A program made the translations under genes and the position numbers. 64,000 nt of DNA, taken from the IMG/VR virus record IMGVR_UViG_3300036830_000184, positions 7,877 to 71,876 of that record. One strand, given 5' to 3'. This stretch comes from a virus. This document shows, one piece after another, positions 18,344 through 29,698 of this stretch (within the stretch, counting starts at the first letter, position 1; each line of letters opens with the position of its first letter). The notes beneath the pieces were generated by a model. That model had not been told where the DNA came from. It searched no databases and worked only from the letters and a program-made list of their open reading frames with translations.

Positions 18344-18826
18344 ATGACGCGGATGAACTGGAAAGCGTCCGGCGAACGCCTCGCGGCACGACGAGCCGCC
18401 GTCACCGAAGCATCCAAGAACCGGGTTGAGTCAATCGTCCGCGCCGCTGAACGTAAGTTGGCACCGGAATTGGGCGACCTGACACAACCGAAGAAGGTGC
18501 GGAAGCCGAGGAAGCCGAGGAAGCCGACGAAGCCTCGCGTGCCACAGAAACAGCGGGAAGTCAGGAAGTATGAGGCGTGGGTGCAAAGCCTTCGGGATAG
18601 GGATGCACGTTCTAAAAACCCGATAGTCAATATCGCCACAGCCAGCATTTCGGTGCCAGAGGCGACGCCGGCGAACGAAGCTGGGCGAGCCTATGCGCAA
18701 TATCGAGCCGAGATGGAGCGTCAAGGACGCGAGCCGGTGCCATCCGGCGCCTGGATTTGCAAATGGTGGCAGAGACAAGAACGTCGGAAGCAAAGAAAAC
18801 AATCAGCCATGGAGGGCCAAAAATAG
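18344..18826 (+). CDS. Basic hypothetical protein
   Basis: 160 aa, Lys/Arg-rich with tandem RKP repeats. Confidence 0.55.
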   Translation: MTRMNWKASGERLAARRAAVTEASKNRVESIVRAAERKLAPELGDLTQPKKVRKPRKPRKPTKPRVPQKQREVRKYEAWVQSLRDRDARSKNPIVNIATASISVPEATPANEAGRAYAQYRAEMERQGREPVPSGAWICKWWQRQERRKQRKQSAMEGQK

Positions 18827-19929
18827 GCTGCCCTTCGTCGCGCCATCAGACATTGGTCTGAGATGCCCCCAAGATTGCCGCACCCGCGGAACACAGGACC
18901 GCACCGGCACCGGAGTAGCGACTTAGAGGAAACAGTGCCGCCCCCCGCGTAGCAGGGTAGCGCCCGGCTTGATCGGGCTCCCTCGCTCTTACGTCAAGCG
19001 CCACTGACCACCCGGATCACCATCCTGCCCCTCGCGCGGGTGCCTAAGACGGCCACTGCAATTCGAGGAAGGGACCTAGACCGGGCGGAGCTATGTCTCC
19101 ATGGAGGCTACCATCGAGCAACCTCTCACTCTCATAAGCAAATCATCCTATAAAGAGTCCCGCGTAGCGGTCCGTATCGCGGGTGCAGCGGAGCGCAGCG
19201 ATCAGGTTGGGAGCGGTTAGCGGCCCCCGCTGATAGGACTGTGGCACCGGGGATCTTGATATCCCCGGATCGGAAGCGGGACGTGCTTACCTCTCAAGGG
19301 CACCAGTTCGCTACGCGAGCCTGGAGCCCGAGCACTCACATGGTTTGTGAAGCTAATATGATCACAAGGAAAAAACCGCATGGAGACCGGGCACCGACCG
19401 ATCAGGTGAGAGTCTACGCGCACGTGAGTCTTATCTTAACAAGAGATAACGCGACTCGTCGTTGGGAAATCGAATTGCATTAAACGTATCTGATTTTGGA
19501 GTTTGCAAAATGGCGCAGCGCCTTCAATGCAGGTCGCTGACCGGCTGGGTTTATTACCTCGCGGTGGGCGCGATCATCGCCATCGAGCCGGCGCTCTGGC
19601 CCAAGCATCATTGTTATGTCAGCCTCAGCCTGCCCCGGAGCGCGGTATCGCGGGTTTTGGTCTGCGAGGGGACAGCGACGATCACCGCGCGCTATTACGA
19701 TCTGGTCCCGGTTTGCGACTTACCGAGGCGCCCATGGTGAGCATGTTTCTGTTGCGGCTGCTGCCGATCGAGTGGGCGCACACGCTGGCGATCTGGTCGA
19801 TCCGGACGGGGTTTTACCGCGTCGGCCTCTGGGTTGATTGGCTCGCCGTGCGGGTGGTGGTTGGTCTGCTGTTGGCCTACGCCAAGCCGGGGATGTGGCT
19901 GAAGGCAAAATGGCGGGGAGGGCGATAGG

Positions 19930-20202
19930 ATGGTGAACTTTCGGGATCGCGTGTTCTGCGCCTCGCCGGGGTGCCAGAACCGGTGCGGGCGGCAACTGAC
20001 GCCGGAGATACAGGCCGCGGCCGAGCGGTGGTGGGGCGGTCCGGGCGCACCGATCGCCTACGGCTACTTCTGCGGGCGTGAGCCGGCCCCGACGAGTTTC
20101 ACCTGCCCGCGATGTCAGCGTGTCTCGCACCATCCGAAGGATGTCGAACACCGCTTCTGCGTCATATGCGGGTTTGCCGACGATCCGAGCCCCTACCTAT
20201 GA
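19930..20202 (+). CDS. Cys-rich zinc-finger-like protein
   Basis: FCASPGCQNRC, CPRC and CVIC motifs. Confidence 0.55.
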   Translation: MVNFRDRVFCASPGCQNRCGRQLTPEIQAAAERWWGGPGAPIAYGYFCGREPAPTSFTCPRCQRVSHHPKDVEHRFCVICGFADDPSPYL

Positions 20203-20597
20203 CCCTCGAACGGCTTTACCAGAAGATCCCCACGTTCACGTGCCGGCCCGGCTGCGGCGATTGCTGCGGCATCGTGCCGTTTTCGCCCGAGGAGTTCGCC
20301 CGTGTGCGCGATCGGCTGCCGGTCGGCTCCGAGGTGCTAGAGGCCGATGGCAACTCCTACCCGGTCCGGTCCGGCTCGGCGACTTGCGCGTTCTTCGACC
20401 GCGGCTGCACGGTCTACGCGGATCGCCCGTTCATGTGCCGGCTGTTCGGGACGGCGCGGGATGCTCGGCTGAAATGCCCGCATGGTTGCCAGCCGCAAAA
20501 GATCCTGACCAAGGAGAAGGCGCGGGCGCTCACCGACAGCTACCGCCGGCAGACAGACGAGAAAGCGCCTATCAATTCTATTTTGAAAACCGTATAG
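20199..20597 (+). CDS. YkgJ/CxxCxxCC cysteine-cluster protein
   Basis: CRPGCGDCC..CAFF..CTVYADRPFMCRLFG. Confidence 0.75.
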   Translation: MTLERLYQKIPTFTCRPGCGDCCGIVPFSPEEFARVRDRLPVGSEVLEADGNSYPVRSGSATCAFFDRGCTVYADRPFMCRLFGTARDARLKCPHGCQPQKILTKEKARALTDSYRRQTDEKAPINSILKTV

Positions 20598-21105
20598 TCT
20601 TTATCTCGCTGGAAGGAGCAATCCACGTGAACTGTCCATGGTGCGACAACAATTTTCACTTCGCGCTCGGCGACGACGGCGGCCGGGTCAAGCTCAAGGC
20701 GGGCGATATCGTGATCTGCGCAGCCTGCACCCAGCTAGGCCAACTTTGCCTCACCCATGGCATCGTGCGGTTCAGCGACGCGGCCCTTCATACGCTGGAA
20801 CAACTCGACCCGGACTACGCGATGGACCTGATCGAGGCCCAGGCGGTGTTGCGCCAGATCGATCGCCGCCAGGCGGTGTGATGGGCTGGCTCGATTGGCT
20901 GCGGCGTCCGTTGACGCCAACGGAGATCGCCAAGCAGCGCATCCGCAAGGTCAACCGCGTGCTGGAACTGTCCGAAGACGGTCTGTTGAAGCCGGATCAG
21001 TTTGAGGCCCACATGACCGCGATCAACGCTTGGACCGAGCGCCAGCACGCGCGGATCAAAGCCGCCCCGCGTTCGTGACGGCCCTGCGTTAAAATTGAGG
21101 GGAAA

Positions 21106-21597
21106 ATGCAGAGAAAACGACCGAGCATCATCGCCACGCGTCCCGCTGGTCCCGACCACGCCGTCTTGGCAATCGAGGGTGGCATTGACCACCGCTACCG
21201 TCGCCAGCCGTGCGCGGATTGCCCCTGGCGCCGAGACCGCGTCGGTGAGTTTCCGGCCGAGGCGTTCCGCCAATCGGCGGTAACCGGCATCGACCCATCG
21301 TCTTTGCCATGGAAGAAAGATCCAGGTTTGGCGCAGCGGCTGTTGGCGGGGGCCGATCACACGTTCGCTTGTCACGAAAGCGGCCCCGTGCGGCCAGCGG
21401 TCTGCGCCGGCTACATCCTGCGCGGCGATCAGGCCCTGGCGTGGCGGGTGGCGTTCTCGCGCGGCCAGTTCGACCCCAAAGATGTCCATGACGGCGGTCT
21501 GGCGCTGTTTGAGAATTATCGCGCCATGGCTGAGGCCAACGGCGTCGCGCCGGACGATCCGGCCTTGGTGGGGTGCGCGCCGATGCCGACCCGTTGA
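21106..21597 (+). CDS. DUF6283-like Cys-rich protein
   Basis: PCADCPWRRD..FACHES..CAG. Confidence 0.6.
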   Translation: MQRKRPSIIATRPAGPDHAVLAIEGGIDHRYRRQPCADCPWRRDRVGEFPAEAFRQSAVTGIDPSSLPWKKDPGLAQRLLAGADHTFACHESGPVRPAVCAGYILRGDQALAWRVAFSRGQFDPKDVHDGGLALFENYRAMAEANGVAPDDPALVGCAPMPTR

Positions 21598-22604
21598 CGA
21601 TCCGGATCGTCCGCGGCGACTGCCGGGATGTGCTCAAACAATTGGAGGCCGGTTCGGTGCAGTGTTGTGTGACCTCGCCGCCGTATTTTGGCTTGCGTGA
21701 TTACGGAACCGGCACATGGAGCGGCGGCGATCCCGCGTGTGATCATCGACAGGGGCGACCGGGGGCTGGCCGCGCTGATGGTGTGGTCGATGATCGGGCA
21801 CAAAGAAACCGCGATGGTGTCGGAGCCATGGGCGGCGATTGCCGTAAGTGTGGTGCGGTCAGGATTGATCAACAGATCGGCCTCGAAGCCTCGCCGGACG
21901 CCTATGTCGCCGAGATGGTCGCGGTGTTCCGCGAGGTTTGGCGGGTGCTGCGCGACGATGGGACGGTTTGGCTGAACCTCGGGGATAGCTACGCCAACGA
22001 TACCAAGTGGGGCGGTAGCAGCGGCGGTAAGCACGTCGCTGCGCTACATGGCGATACCGGCGTGGGGCGGGGAAAACAGGCGACGGGGCTTAAGTCGAAG
22101 GATCTGATGATGATCCCCGCCCGCGTCGCCCTGGCACTCCAGGCAGACGGCTGGTATTTGCGGTCCGATGTGATCTGGCACAAACCCAACCCGATGCCCG
22201 AGCCGGTCACCGACCGGCCTACGTCCTCGCACGAACACATTTTCCTGCTAACCAAGCAGCCAGCCTATTTCTATGACGCTGATGCGGTCAAAGAGCCGGC
22301 CGATCCCTTCAACGGATCTCTGACCCGCAACCTCCGCAACGTGTGGACCATCGCGATTGCGCCTTATCCGGAAGCCCACTTCGCGACCTTCCCGCCGGAC
22401 CTCGCCGAACGCTGCATCAAGGCCGGGAGCAAGACGGGAGATACTATCCTCGACCCATTCTTTGGCGCTGGCACCACCGGGCTCGTCGCCGACCGCCTAG
22501 GCCGCCACGCCATCGGGATCGATCTCAATGGTCAGTATGTGGCCATGAGCGAAAACCGCATCCGCCGCGACAGTCCACTCTTTGCCGAGGTGATCTCAAC
22601 ATGA
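21573..22604 (+). CDS. DNA methyltransferase, beta class (N4-C/N6-A)
   Basis: Motif IV TSPPY precedes motif I LDPFFGAGTT; also WHKPNPMPE and HFATFP. Confidence 0.92.
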   Translation: MRADADPLTIRIVRGDCRDVLKQLEAGSVQCCVTSPPYFGLRDYGTGTWSGGDPACDHRQGRPGAGRADGVVDDRAQRNRDGVGAMGGDCRKCGAVRIDQQIGLEASPDAYVAEMVAVFREVWRVLRDDGTVWLNLGDSYANDTKWGGSSGGKHVAALHGDTGVGRGKQATGLKSKDLMMIPARVALALQADGWYLRSDVIWHKPNPMPEPVTDRPTSSHEHIFLLTKQPAYFYDADAVKEPADPFNGSLTRNLRNVWTIAIAPYPEAHFATFPPDLAERCIKAGSKTGDTILDPFFGAGTTGLVADRLGRHAIGIDLNGQYVAMSENRIRRDSPLFAEVIST

Positions 22605-23412
22605 CCGAGGAACACCGCGCCGTCGTGATCCGGGGAAACCTCACCGGCCCCGAGCTTATGGAACTGATCCGGCTGATCCGGACCATGCACGATCGCCGAC
22701 CGGCTGAGGCTGAATTCGAGGTGCTGGTCGTTGATGCTGACGCCACAATTCACGAGTCCGAAAAGCTGATGCGGGACGCGCTTCCCGGTATGGCCTTCCG
22801 CGTTTATCGGGATAAGCCCACCTCTACTCATTGAGCGGTCCATGTCCGATAAACTGTTCGGGGTTGCGGTGATCCTCGCGTCGCCGCTGATCTTGCTTTG
22901 TCTCGTCGTGGGGTTAGGCGTCACTCTCGCGTGCGGCTGGAAAAAACGGAGACACGACCTTGCACAAAAATGCCCGCTTCGCGCTCGACCATCCGGTCTA
23001 TGATCCGACAACGGAGATCCGACCCGGTCACTTCTGGGTCGCCGACCGTGATGTGAGCGCCGGGTTGACGGTCAACATCGGCCAAGAGTGAGCCGTCTAT
23101 GCCGGCGGCCGCCCGCTCTGGCACCTCTCGCTGAGTTTCCACAAGCGCGGTAAAGGCCCGGTATCGGTGCTCCGTTGGAGCCCCACGCGATGGCGCAAGA
23201 TGGAGGCGATCCGCGACCGGATCTTGTTCGGCCTCGGCAGTGCCGAGCCGGTGATCGCGGCAGAGGGTGAGGAGTTGGCGTTGCTCACGCGCTCGATGCA
23301 GTGGCGCAAACCGCTCTCGATCGCGGAGATCGGCCAGATGGGCATGACGGACGCCGTGCGCCAGCGGCCCGGCCGGCCGTGAGACTGACGCCCGAAGGCG
23401 CCAGTCCCGGTC

Positions 23413-24564
23413 TCAATTACAGGCTGATTTGACCACGCCACAGAGCGAGTTGAGCACTGCGACCATCGAGCTATTGAACTGGCTCGCGCCCAGGTAGCCG
23501 CTGGTGCCCGCCGGTCCGTAGGACGTGACCGCAACCACCGTCTCCGTCCCCAAGGTCCAGTTGTCCGGGCCGGTGTTCTTCGGCGCGGTGCCGAAGTCGA
23601 TCAGCCACGGCCCACCGGACGCCCCGCCGGATGCCGCCGAGCCATACTCATAGGTATTGTTTCCGCCATTCACCGAGTTACCGGCGTCGGTGCGGATCAT
23701 AACCGAGCAATTGTCGAGGTTGCACGGGTAGCCGAGCATGGTGATGTGCTGGCCCGCCAGCGCGTTGGTCCGCCAGCCATACCAGCCGATCACGTCGCCG
23801 ATCCGCCGGCCGCCTTGCTCGTTCATCGCGAACATGCCGACATCTTGGGCGTTGGGCACGGTGTCGTTGCCGTTCCACCATTCACCGGTCGTGTCGACCC
23901 AGCTAGGCGCCCATTTGCCGTAGGGGGCGCTGCCGTTGTTGGTCGCCGGCACGAACAGGAAATTGGTAAAATAGTGCGGCGGGGTGTTGCCCGCCTTCGG
24001 CGCCGCAACGCAGTGGCCCGCCACGATCACGATGCCGGGGCGGATCGTTGAGCCCGAGCACACGAAGTCGCCCGCGCCCTGCTCGGTGAAGAACAGTTGC
24101 CCGGCCGCCCGCTGCGGATAGGCCACCTGTTCGCCCACCGGCTGCACCTCGGACGTGGTGAACGGGAAGCCGAATTTGGAATTGGCGTCCGGGGATTGCG
24201 GCTCGCTGTCCTCGGGCGCCATGTCGTCGACCGCCGCCGCTGATAGGGCCGGATGGATGCGGACAGAAAAGTCAGCGGCCTCGCTGTCCGCGATAGTAGG
24301 GGGGCTGCCGGGCTGCCCTTCCTGTGACTGGCCGGTCTGTGGTGCAACCCGTGGCATCCCAGCGTTGGGCGTCACGGCCGAGCTATTGCGTTGGGGCATT
24401 GGGCGCGGCCGCGCTTTCATCATCCGTTGCGGCGTCCAGTAGTTGCCCGTTGTGCCGGCCTCGGTGCCGTTGATATGCCCCGGTGGAGCGGCCTCTTGGG
24501 CAAGCGCGGTGCCTGCCAGCAGCGCAAGCATGGCCGCCCCGGCGAACGTGGGTAAGGATCTCAT
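23413..24564 (-). CDS. Secreted trypsin-like serine protease
   Basis: Signal peptide (..LLAGTALA-Q), YWTPQRM propeptide, CSG, VAGHC (His), QDVG (Asp), GYP, GGASGGPW (Ser). Confidence 0.85.
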   Translation of the reverse strand: MRSLPTFAGAAMLALLAGTALAQEAAPPGHINGTEAGTTGNYWTPQRMMKARPRPMPQRNSSAVTPNAGMPRVAPQTGQSQEGQPGSPPTIADSEAADFSVRIHPALSAAAVDDMAPEDSEPQSPDANSKFGFPFTTSEVQPVGEQVAYPQRAAGQLFFTEQGAGDFVCSGSTIRPGIVIVAGHCVAAPKAGNTPPHYFTNFLFVPATNNGSAPYGKWAPSWVDTTGEWWNGNDTVPNAQDVGMFAMNEQGGRRIGDVIGWYGWRTNALAGQHITMLGYPCNLDNCSVMIRTDAGNSVNGGNNTYEYGSAASGGASGGPWLIDFGTAPKNTGPDNWTLGTETVVAVTSYGPAGTSGYLGASQFNSSMVAVLNSLCGVVKSACN

Positions 24565-24676
24565 GGCGTGGTGTTCCCCTTCGGTGTTTTATATGGAGTG
24601 TGAGGGTCGACGCGGCGGACCGCGCCGGAGGCACGCTGCCACAAACCGCCCCGAAGTGAAATATCGTTAATCACAT

Positions 24677-25117
24677 TTGGGAAATATTTTACGGAGGCTG
24701 ATAATGCAGGAGATGCCGAAGCCGCAGGCGATCGAACTCATCGCTGCGCAGGCCGCTGAGGCTGGCGCGGGGATCGGGATCTATCTGGTCTTGCCGCACG
24801 AAGCGCCCGAACTGAAGGCCGCCGCCGACAAGGGAGATCCGGGGAGCGTGGCGACATTGCAGATGGTAACCGATATGGTTGTGGCGATCACCTCCAAAGC
24901 CACAACGGCCGAGCCAGCCAAGTGCGCCGGCTGCGACGAGCCGATGCTCGATCGCGACTTCGCGGTCTGCGTCGTTCATGCGTCGGTGCCCCAACCGCAG
25001 GCCGTGCTCGTGTTCGGATTATGCGCGGAATGCACCGATGCCGACGATCAGCAAGAACGGCTTTTGCGGCACTTGCGGCACTATTGGCCAAATTTACACA
25101 ACCACACCATCCACTAG
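24677..25117 (+). CDS. Hypothetical protein with CxxC pairs
   Basis: CAGC..CAEC. Confidence 0.55.
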   Translation: MGNILRRLIMQEMPKPQAIELIAAQAAEAGAGIGIYLVLPHEAPELKAAADKGDPGSVATLQMVTDMVVAITSKATTAEPAKCAGCDEPMLDRDFAVCVVHASVPQPQAVLVFGLCAECTDADDQQERLLRHLRHYWPNLHNHTIH

Positions 25118-25724
25118 GACGCTTTGCCCACCCGGCACAAACTGCTAGGACGCTCGCCGCAATGGCAGCACCGATCCAGCCGTTCAATTGGCACCGCTTG
25201 CTTCCCCAGGCTTGCGACCCGCGCATCAGCCAATTGCTGGCCGGGCAGCAAGCAATCATCGCCCTGCTTCAGACGATTTTGAAGGAACTCCAAATGTCCC
25301 AGACCATCACACAACAGATGGACGCCGCGATCACCCAGTTAGAGGCCGACGTGACGGCACAAAAAGGCGTTGTGGCGAGCAATACCGCGCTCCTTGAAGG
25401 CTTCGCCGCCGCCCTCCAGACCGCAATCAATAACAGCCTCAACTCGGGCGCTACGGACGCCGAACTCGCCTCGGTGATCGCCCTGCACACCTCGGTTGCC
25501 GCCAACACGGATGGACTGGTCGCCGCCGCCGTCGCCAATCCGCTACCCCCGACCCCGTAGGTCGCGCCTTGCCGCAAAAGATGGGCGGCCCAGGACGCGG
25601 AGCCTATCCGCAGCGCGCGCCGCGTCGTCGTGGGGTCGCACCGGGCAATTCCCACGGTGCGCCGCCGTTTCTATCCCTGGCGCCGGTATTGAACGAAGCG
25701 CGGGACGCAACAGGAGATTGGCAA

Positions 25725-26216
25725 ATGGCTGATTGGCAATATCTCTCGCCCGAGCAAGTCGAGCACCTAGAGTCGCTGGTCAAGCGAAGCTGCTTCTCGT
25801 GGGTCTCCGTCTATGAGCGGTTCGGTTCCAGCATGGGCGAAATGAACGCCGTGCGGGCCGGCAAGCGCCCGTTCGCGTGGGGAACCTGGATACCGCACCT
25901 CGAAGCGCTGGTCGAAGCCGTGGAAGCCGTGCCGATCCCGCCCAGGCCCGCCTATGTGCCCGAAGGGGAGCCGAAGCCTATGCCGTCACCGGACTCGATG
26001 ATCAACGTCGAAGTGCTGGCCGCCACCATCGGCCGCTTGTTCTTGGAGTCGGAGAGCTTCAGCGCCGGGGAGCGCGAAATCACCCAGGACGCCTACGGCC
26101 GCCTTGCCGAAGCCCTCGGCATCGAAGCGAATGTCGCCAACGCGGCGCGATCGATGCGAACGACCGCACAAACAAGCCGGGCAATCGCCGCCACCCTGCA
26201 TAACGCCGAAGGCTAG
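25725..26216 (+). CDS. Hypothetical protein
   Basis: ATG at 25725 with SD AGGAG. Confidence 0.55.
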   Translation: MADWQYLSPEQVEHLESLVKRSCFSWVSVYERFGSSMGEMNAVRAGKRPFAWGTWIPHLEALVEAVEAVPIPPRPAYVPEGEPKPMPSPDSMINVEVLAATIGRLFLESESFSAGEREITQDAYGRLAEALGIEANVANAARSMRTTAQTSRAIAATLHNAEG

Positions 26217-26399
26217 CGGACCGACTCACGTCCCTCGGACTGCGGGAGCGCAACAACGGCAGCGTCCCACTTGTATGCGATCTCAGCCTCCGCCCGGCAC
26301 CAGCCGCACGGCTCCGGACAGGGGCTGCGGTGCATCTGCCGGCAGATCCCGAGCGCGACCGTGATCAGGTCAGTCATATTTCAAGCTCCTTTAGGAGTT

Positions 26400-26960
26400 C
26401 TATCCACTCGCAACCTCGTGCCAGACGCCATCGCTTGCCAGACAAGGCGCAAACAGCACCAGCGCGCGGACGGAGTCGAAGCGCACTAAGGCCGCTACCG
26501 CGTGCGCCTCAGCCATCCGGACAAGGTAGGCGCGCAAGGCCGGGTCCCGGTGTGCGTTCGGCCGGTGCGGGTCGACCCAGATCTGAATGACCGAAAGATG
26601 GGTTATCGCCCCGGTCGCGTTGTCCTTCATCGAGATCTCATCCGGGTTAGGATCGATCACATATCCACTCCGGTCCGGCCGCGATAGATCAGCGGTGTCC
26701 GGATCGATCAGCCACCGGCAAGAGAACAGCCGGCACACCTCCGGCCGGTTGGCGTAGATGGTGCAGCCACGGGCATAGGATTGATGCCGGCACTTCTGCC
26801 CCGCCTTCTTGTGCAGTTGCGGGACCGGCAGCACCCGGCAGCAGAGTTGGCACGAGCCGCACTTGCGCGAGCCCGCCCCGTCAAAGGTCACCTCGATCCC
26901 GCCAGCGATCTGCGTTAACCGCATTTTCGACGTGTCGGGGATCAGTTCGGACAGGTCCAT
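26400..26960 (-). CDS. CxxCxxCC cysteine-cluster protein
   Basis: RKCGSCQLCC..KCRH..GCTIYANRPEVCRLFSCRWL..RPDRSG. Confidence 0.72.
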   Translation of the reverse strand: MDLSELIPDTSKMRLTQIAGGIEVTFDGAGSRKCGSCQLCCRVLPVPQLHKKAGQKCRHQSYARGCTIYANRPEVCRLFSCRWLIDPDTADLSRPDRSGYVIDPNPDEISMKDNATGAITHLSVIQIWVDPHRPNAHRDPALRAYLVRMAEAHAVAALVRFDSVRALVLFAPCLASDGVWHEVASG

Positions 26961-27457
26961 TTGTCGATCTCTCTTCTTGGGCAACCGGGCGCCCCTTTCG
27001 CAAGGATTTTGGCGCAAACCGCCGCCATCGCCTGCGCCCTGGCGTTATGCTGCACATTCAGCCGGGCAAGCCACCAGATCGCAGCCGGCACAGACAGACA
27101 GAGCGTCGATTGCTTCCCGCCCTTGGTGGCCAGCACCAGATAGAGCGAGCCGCCGCGAATAAGGGGGTCGCGCTTGATCCGCGCGAGTTGCGGGCGAAGC
27201 GGGATCTGAAGCCGCTCGCAGGTCGCCTTGACGGGCAAATAAATAACCCCGTCCCGCTCGAAAAAGAAACCCGATGGATCGGGCGCGACCTCGCTCAATC
27301 CGGCATCCGCCCGATCTGGCGCAGCGAACAGATCACCAGCCACACGACCGCCAACTCCGCGACGCCCCCGACTCCGGCGATCGTCAGAGCGATGACCAGA
27401 CCCAAGGTCGCCATCAGGACATTCCGAAGATGTATTCGATGGACGAGTGTCGGACAT
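26942..27457 (-). CDS. P22 antirepressor N-terminal-like domain protein
   Basis: DGVIYLPVKATCERLQIPLRPQLARIKRDPLI..TKGGKQSTLCL..WWLARL. Start uncertain. Confidence 0.6.
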   Translation of the reverse strand: MSDTRPSNTSSECPDGDLGSGHRSDDRRSRGRRGVGGRVAGDLFAAPDRADAGLSEVAPDPSGFFFERDGVIYLPVKATCERLQIPLRPQLARIKRDPLIRGGSLYLVLATKGGKQSTLCLSVPAAIWWLARLNVQHNARAQAMAAVCAKILAKGAPGCPRREIDKWTCPN

Positions 27458-27704
27458 AATAAACCGGTTGCCCCAAATATCGGCCTTTGTGGTAGCTCAC
27501 ATGCCAATCACGCTTCATGGGCATATATCCAGGCCGCGACCGCTTGCCGTCCCAGTCATAGGACGGGAACGCCTCGGCAAGCGCCTTGAGCCCGATCTTG
27601 CGTCGCGCCGTGCGGTAGGAGATCGACCGCGAGTTATCGACCAGATCGCGGATCGGCTCGTAAGTAGAGTTTATGCAGGTCGTAATAAATTGCATGGCCA
27701 TGGC

Positions 27705-28292
27705 TCAATCTGCCGCCTCGGCGAGATCGTCATCGAGATCGTCATCGATGCCCCACGGCGGAGCGTCGCCCCGTAGCTTCGCGGCATAGGCCGCGCGCCC
27801 ATGCGCCCGGTGATAGTCAGCCGCCGACACGCGCGGATAGTCGGGATGCACCTCGATACCGTCCGGCAGCACGCCGCCCGGCCAATACCTTGCCGCCGGG
27901 AACCGGCCAAGCCGTGTGCCGCGAGCGCTTGGCAGGATGCGCGCGGGGAGCGTTACGATCAGGGTTTCACCGATCGGTGCAGCGCACGCCCAGCCTTGGC
28001 CATAGACAGCCATGATTGCCGCTTTGGCGAGCGCATGGGCTTCCCAGAACTCCGGTGCCGTCATCACGCGAGTCTTCGCCGCCTTGCGCGCAGGCCGCTT
28101 CGCCGACACCACCGCCGGCACCTGTCCGGCCGCCAGCGCGTCCCGGATCGCCGTCGTCATCGCCCGATAGCGCCCGGCTCGTTGGTGCGCGGTCACCACC
28201 GCGAACGCATCCGGCGCGGTCAGCACCCGACCGTCCGCATCGGCCGCCCAACTATCAAGCAGGATCAGAACTTTGGAAATCGTCATCGACAT
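27705..28292 (-). CDS. Hypothetical early protein
   Basis: Start follows the GGAGTTTGATCCA leader; acidic C-terminus. Confidence 0.6.
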   Translation of the reverse strand: MSMTISKVLILLDSWAADADGRVLTAPDAFAVVTAHQRAGRYRAMTTAIRDALAAGQVPAVVSAKRPARKAAKTRVMTAPEFWEAHALAKAAIMAVYGQGWACAAPIGETLIVTLPARILPSARGTRLGRFPAARYWPGGVLPDGIEVHPDYPRVSAADYHRAHGRAAYAAKLRGDAPPWGIDDDLDDDLAEAAD

Positions 28293-28638
28293 TGGATCAA
28301 ACTCCAAGGGGTTAAGGGTCTCAGACTTAGCGACCGCCGTTCACGTATAGCTTCAGCGTCAACAGCGCCTTGAGCACGTCGTTTGCCGCGGCGATCTGAT
28401 TGCGAATGTTGGCTTCATGCCATTTGTTGCACCGCCGCACTTCGATTTTCAGCCGTTCGATCTCACCGCCATAGTAGGCAAGATCCGCTTCGACGCGCGT
28501 ATCTGGGATTGGCGAAAAAGCCATCAGCCGGATTTCGTCTGCCACTTGTGGCGCTCCGTGGTATCCGGCGGATAATTCCGAACCGGCCGAAAAATAGTTG
28601 CACAAAAACTATTTATTGTATTGTCACAAAATCGCGCT

Positions 28639-28899
28639 CTAGCTCGCGATTTCCTCCGCCCGCATATCCTCGGTGCGCCATTTTTCCGGCAGTTGGTGGG
28701 CAGTGTGGAATTCCGCCAGTATCCGCAGCCACGCCCCCACATAGCGCGGCACCTCACGCACGCCAGACGCCCAGCGCGCCGACACGCGTGTGTCGATCCC
28801 CAACATCCAGGCGATATCGCTCACCCGCCAGCCAATCGCTTTGATGCACTCGCGGAACTCATCGGGGTGCATGATCGGGATCGCGTCGCGCTCGGTCAT
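28639..28899 (-). CDS. Small XRE-like HTH protein
   Basis: MHPDEFRECIKAIGWRVSDIAWMLGIDTRVSARWASGVREVP. Confidence 0.7.
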   Translation of the reverse strand: MTERDAIPIMHPDEFRECIKAIGWRVSDIAWMLGIDTRVSARWASGVREVPRYVGAWLRILAEFHTAHQLPEKWRTEDMRAEEIAS

Positions 28900-28925
28900 C
28901 TACCGGATCTCCTATTTAGGCCGCG

Positions 28926-29342
28926 TCACCACGGCGCCTTTTTGTAGGCTTCAAGCCCCTCGATGACCTCGAACGCTAACACGTGCAGCGCTTCGTCCAT
29001 CGCCACCGACAGCGGCAGGTCGCCGTTCTCGCCTTCGTCGCACTGGTAAGACAGAACGCGCAGCGCTTTCCAGCAGACTACTAGGTCGTCATGCGAGAGA
29101 GGCCGCCAGTCCGTGAAGTCGAACGCCAGCGACGCCGCCGATGCCGCCGGCTCGTTGGGGTAGCGGCTCGCGTAGGCCGCCGCGTTCAGTTTGAAGAGCG
29201 CGCGCCCGATGTCGCGCCCCGCGTAGGTCTCTTCGGTCCAGAACGGTCCAAACCGGGTGATCAGGTTTCGACCGCCCCGCTTGTAGAGGATCGCGCGAAT
29301 AGCCTTCGTCATGGTCTCAGTGTCAACGATCGAACAGGACAT
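28926..29342 (-). CDS. Hypothetical early protein
   Basis: LFKLNAAAYASRY..KALRVLSYQCDEG; good SD. Confidence 0.65.
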   Translation of the reverse strand: MSCSIVDTETMTKAIRAILYKRGGRNLITRFGPFWTEETYAGRDIGRALFKLNAAAYASRYPNEPAASAASLAFDFTDWRPLSHDDLVVCWKALRVLSYQCDEGENGDLPLSVAMDEALHVLAFEVIEGLEAYKKAPW

Positions 29343-29698
29343 GGATCTAGCTCCAGGGATTGGCCGGCTGGATCGCCGGAACCAAGGGTTAATTTGGCCT
29401 TATTCCCGAGAATATTCTAGGAACTCTTGCGCGATGGCCATTGACCATTCCGCAAATCCATCCGGTTTGCGCTCGCGCGGATTGGCCATCACGACATAGG
29501 CCGTGCAGGATTGTCCGGTCTCTTGCACCAGCCGGCGGATCGCCGTTTCCAGGTCCACAAACGACCGCGCCTCAACCTCGTGAACGCCATCCGGCACGTC
29601 CCGCACGATAACCGCGCGATGGCCGCCCCCAAACCGGCGGATGGCCGGCGTGAGGGTGACCAGATATCGCCGCACGGGCGGAAGCGTCGGAGCGCGCA

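Noticed and set aside
18502-18533. Tandem GAAGCCGAG repeats
   Set aside because: In-frame coding repeat (RKP) within a basic protein.
25560-25680. Possible additional degenerate pentamer unit on the minus strand
   Set aside because: Only a few in-phase units (GGATA GGCTC CGCGT; GGCAA GGCGC) and no anchor; not distinguishable from GC-rich background by eye.
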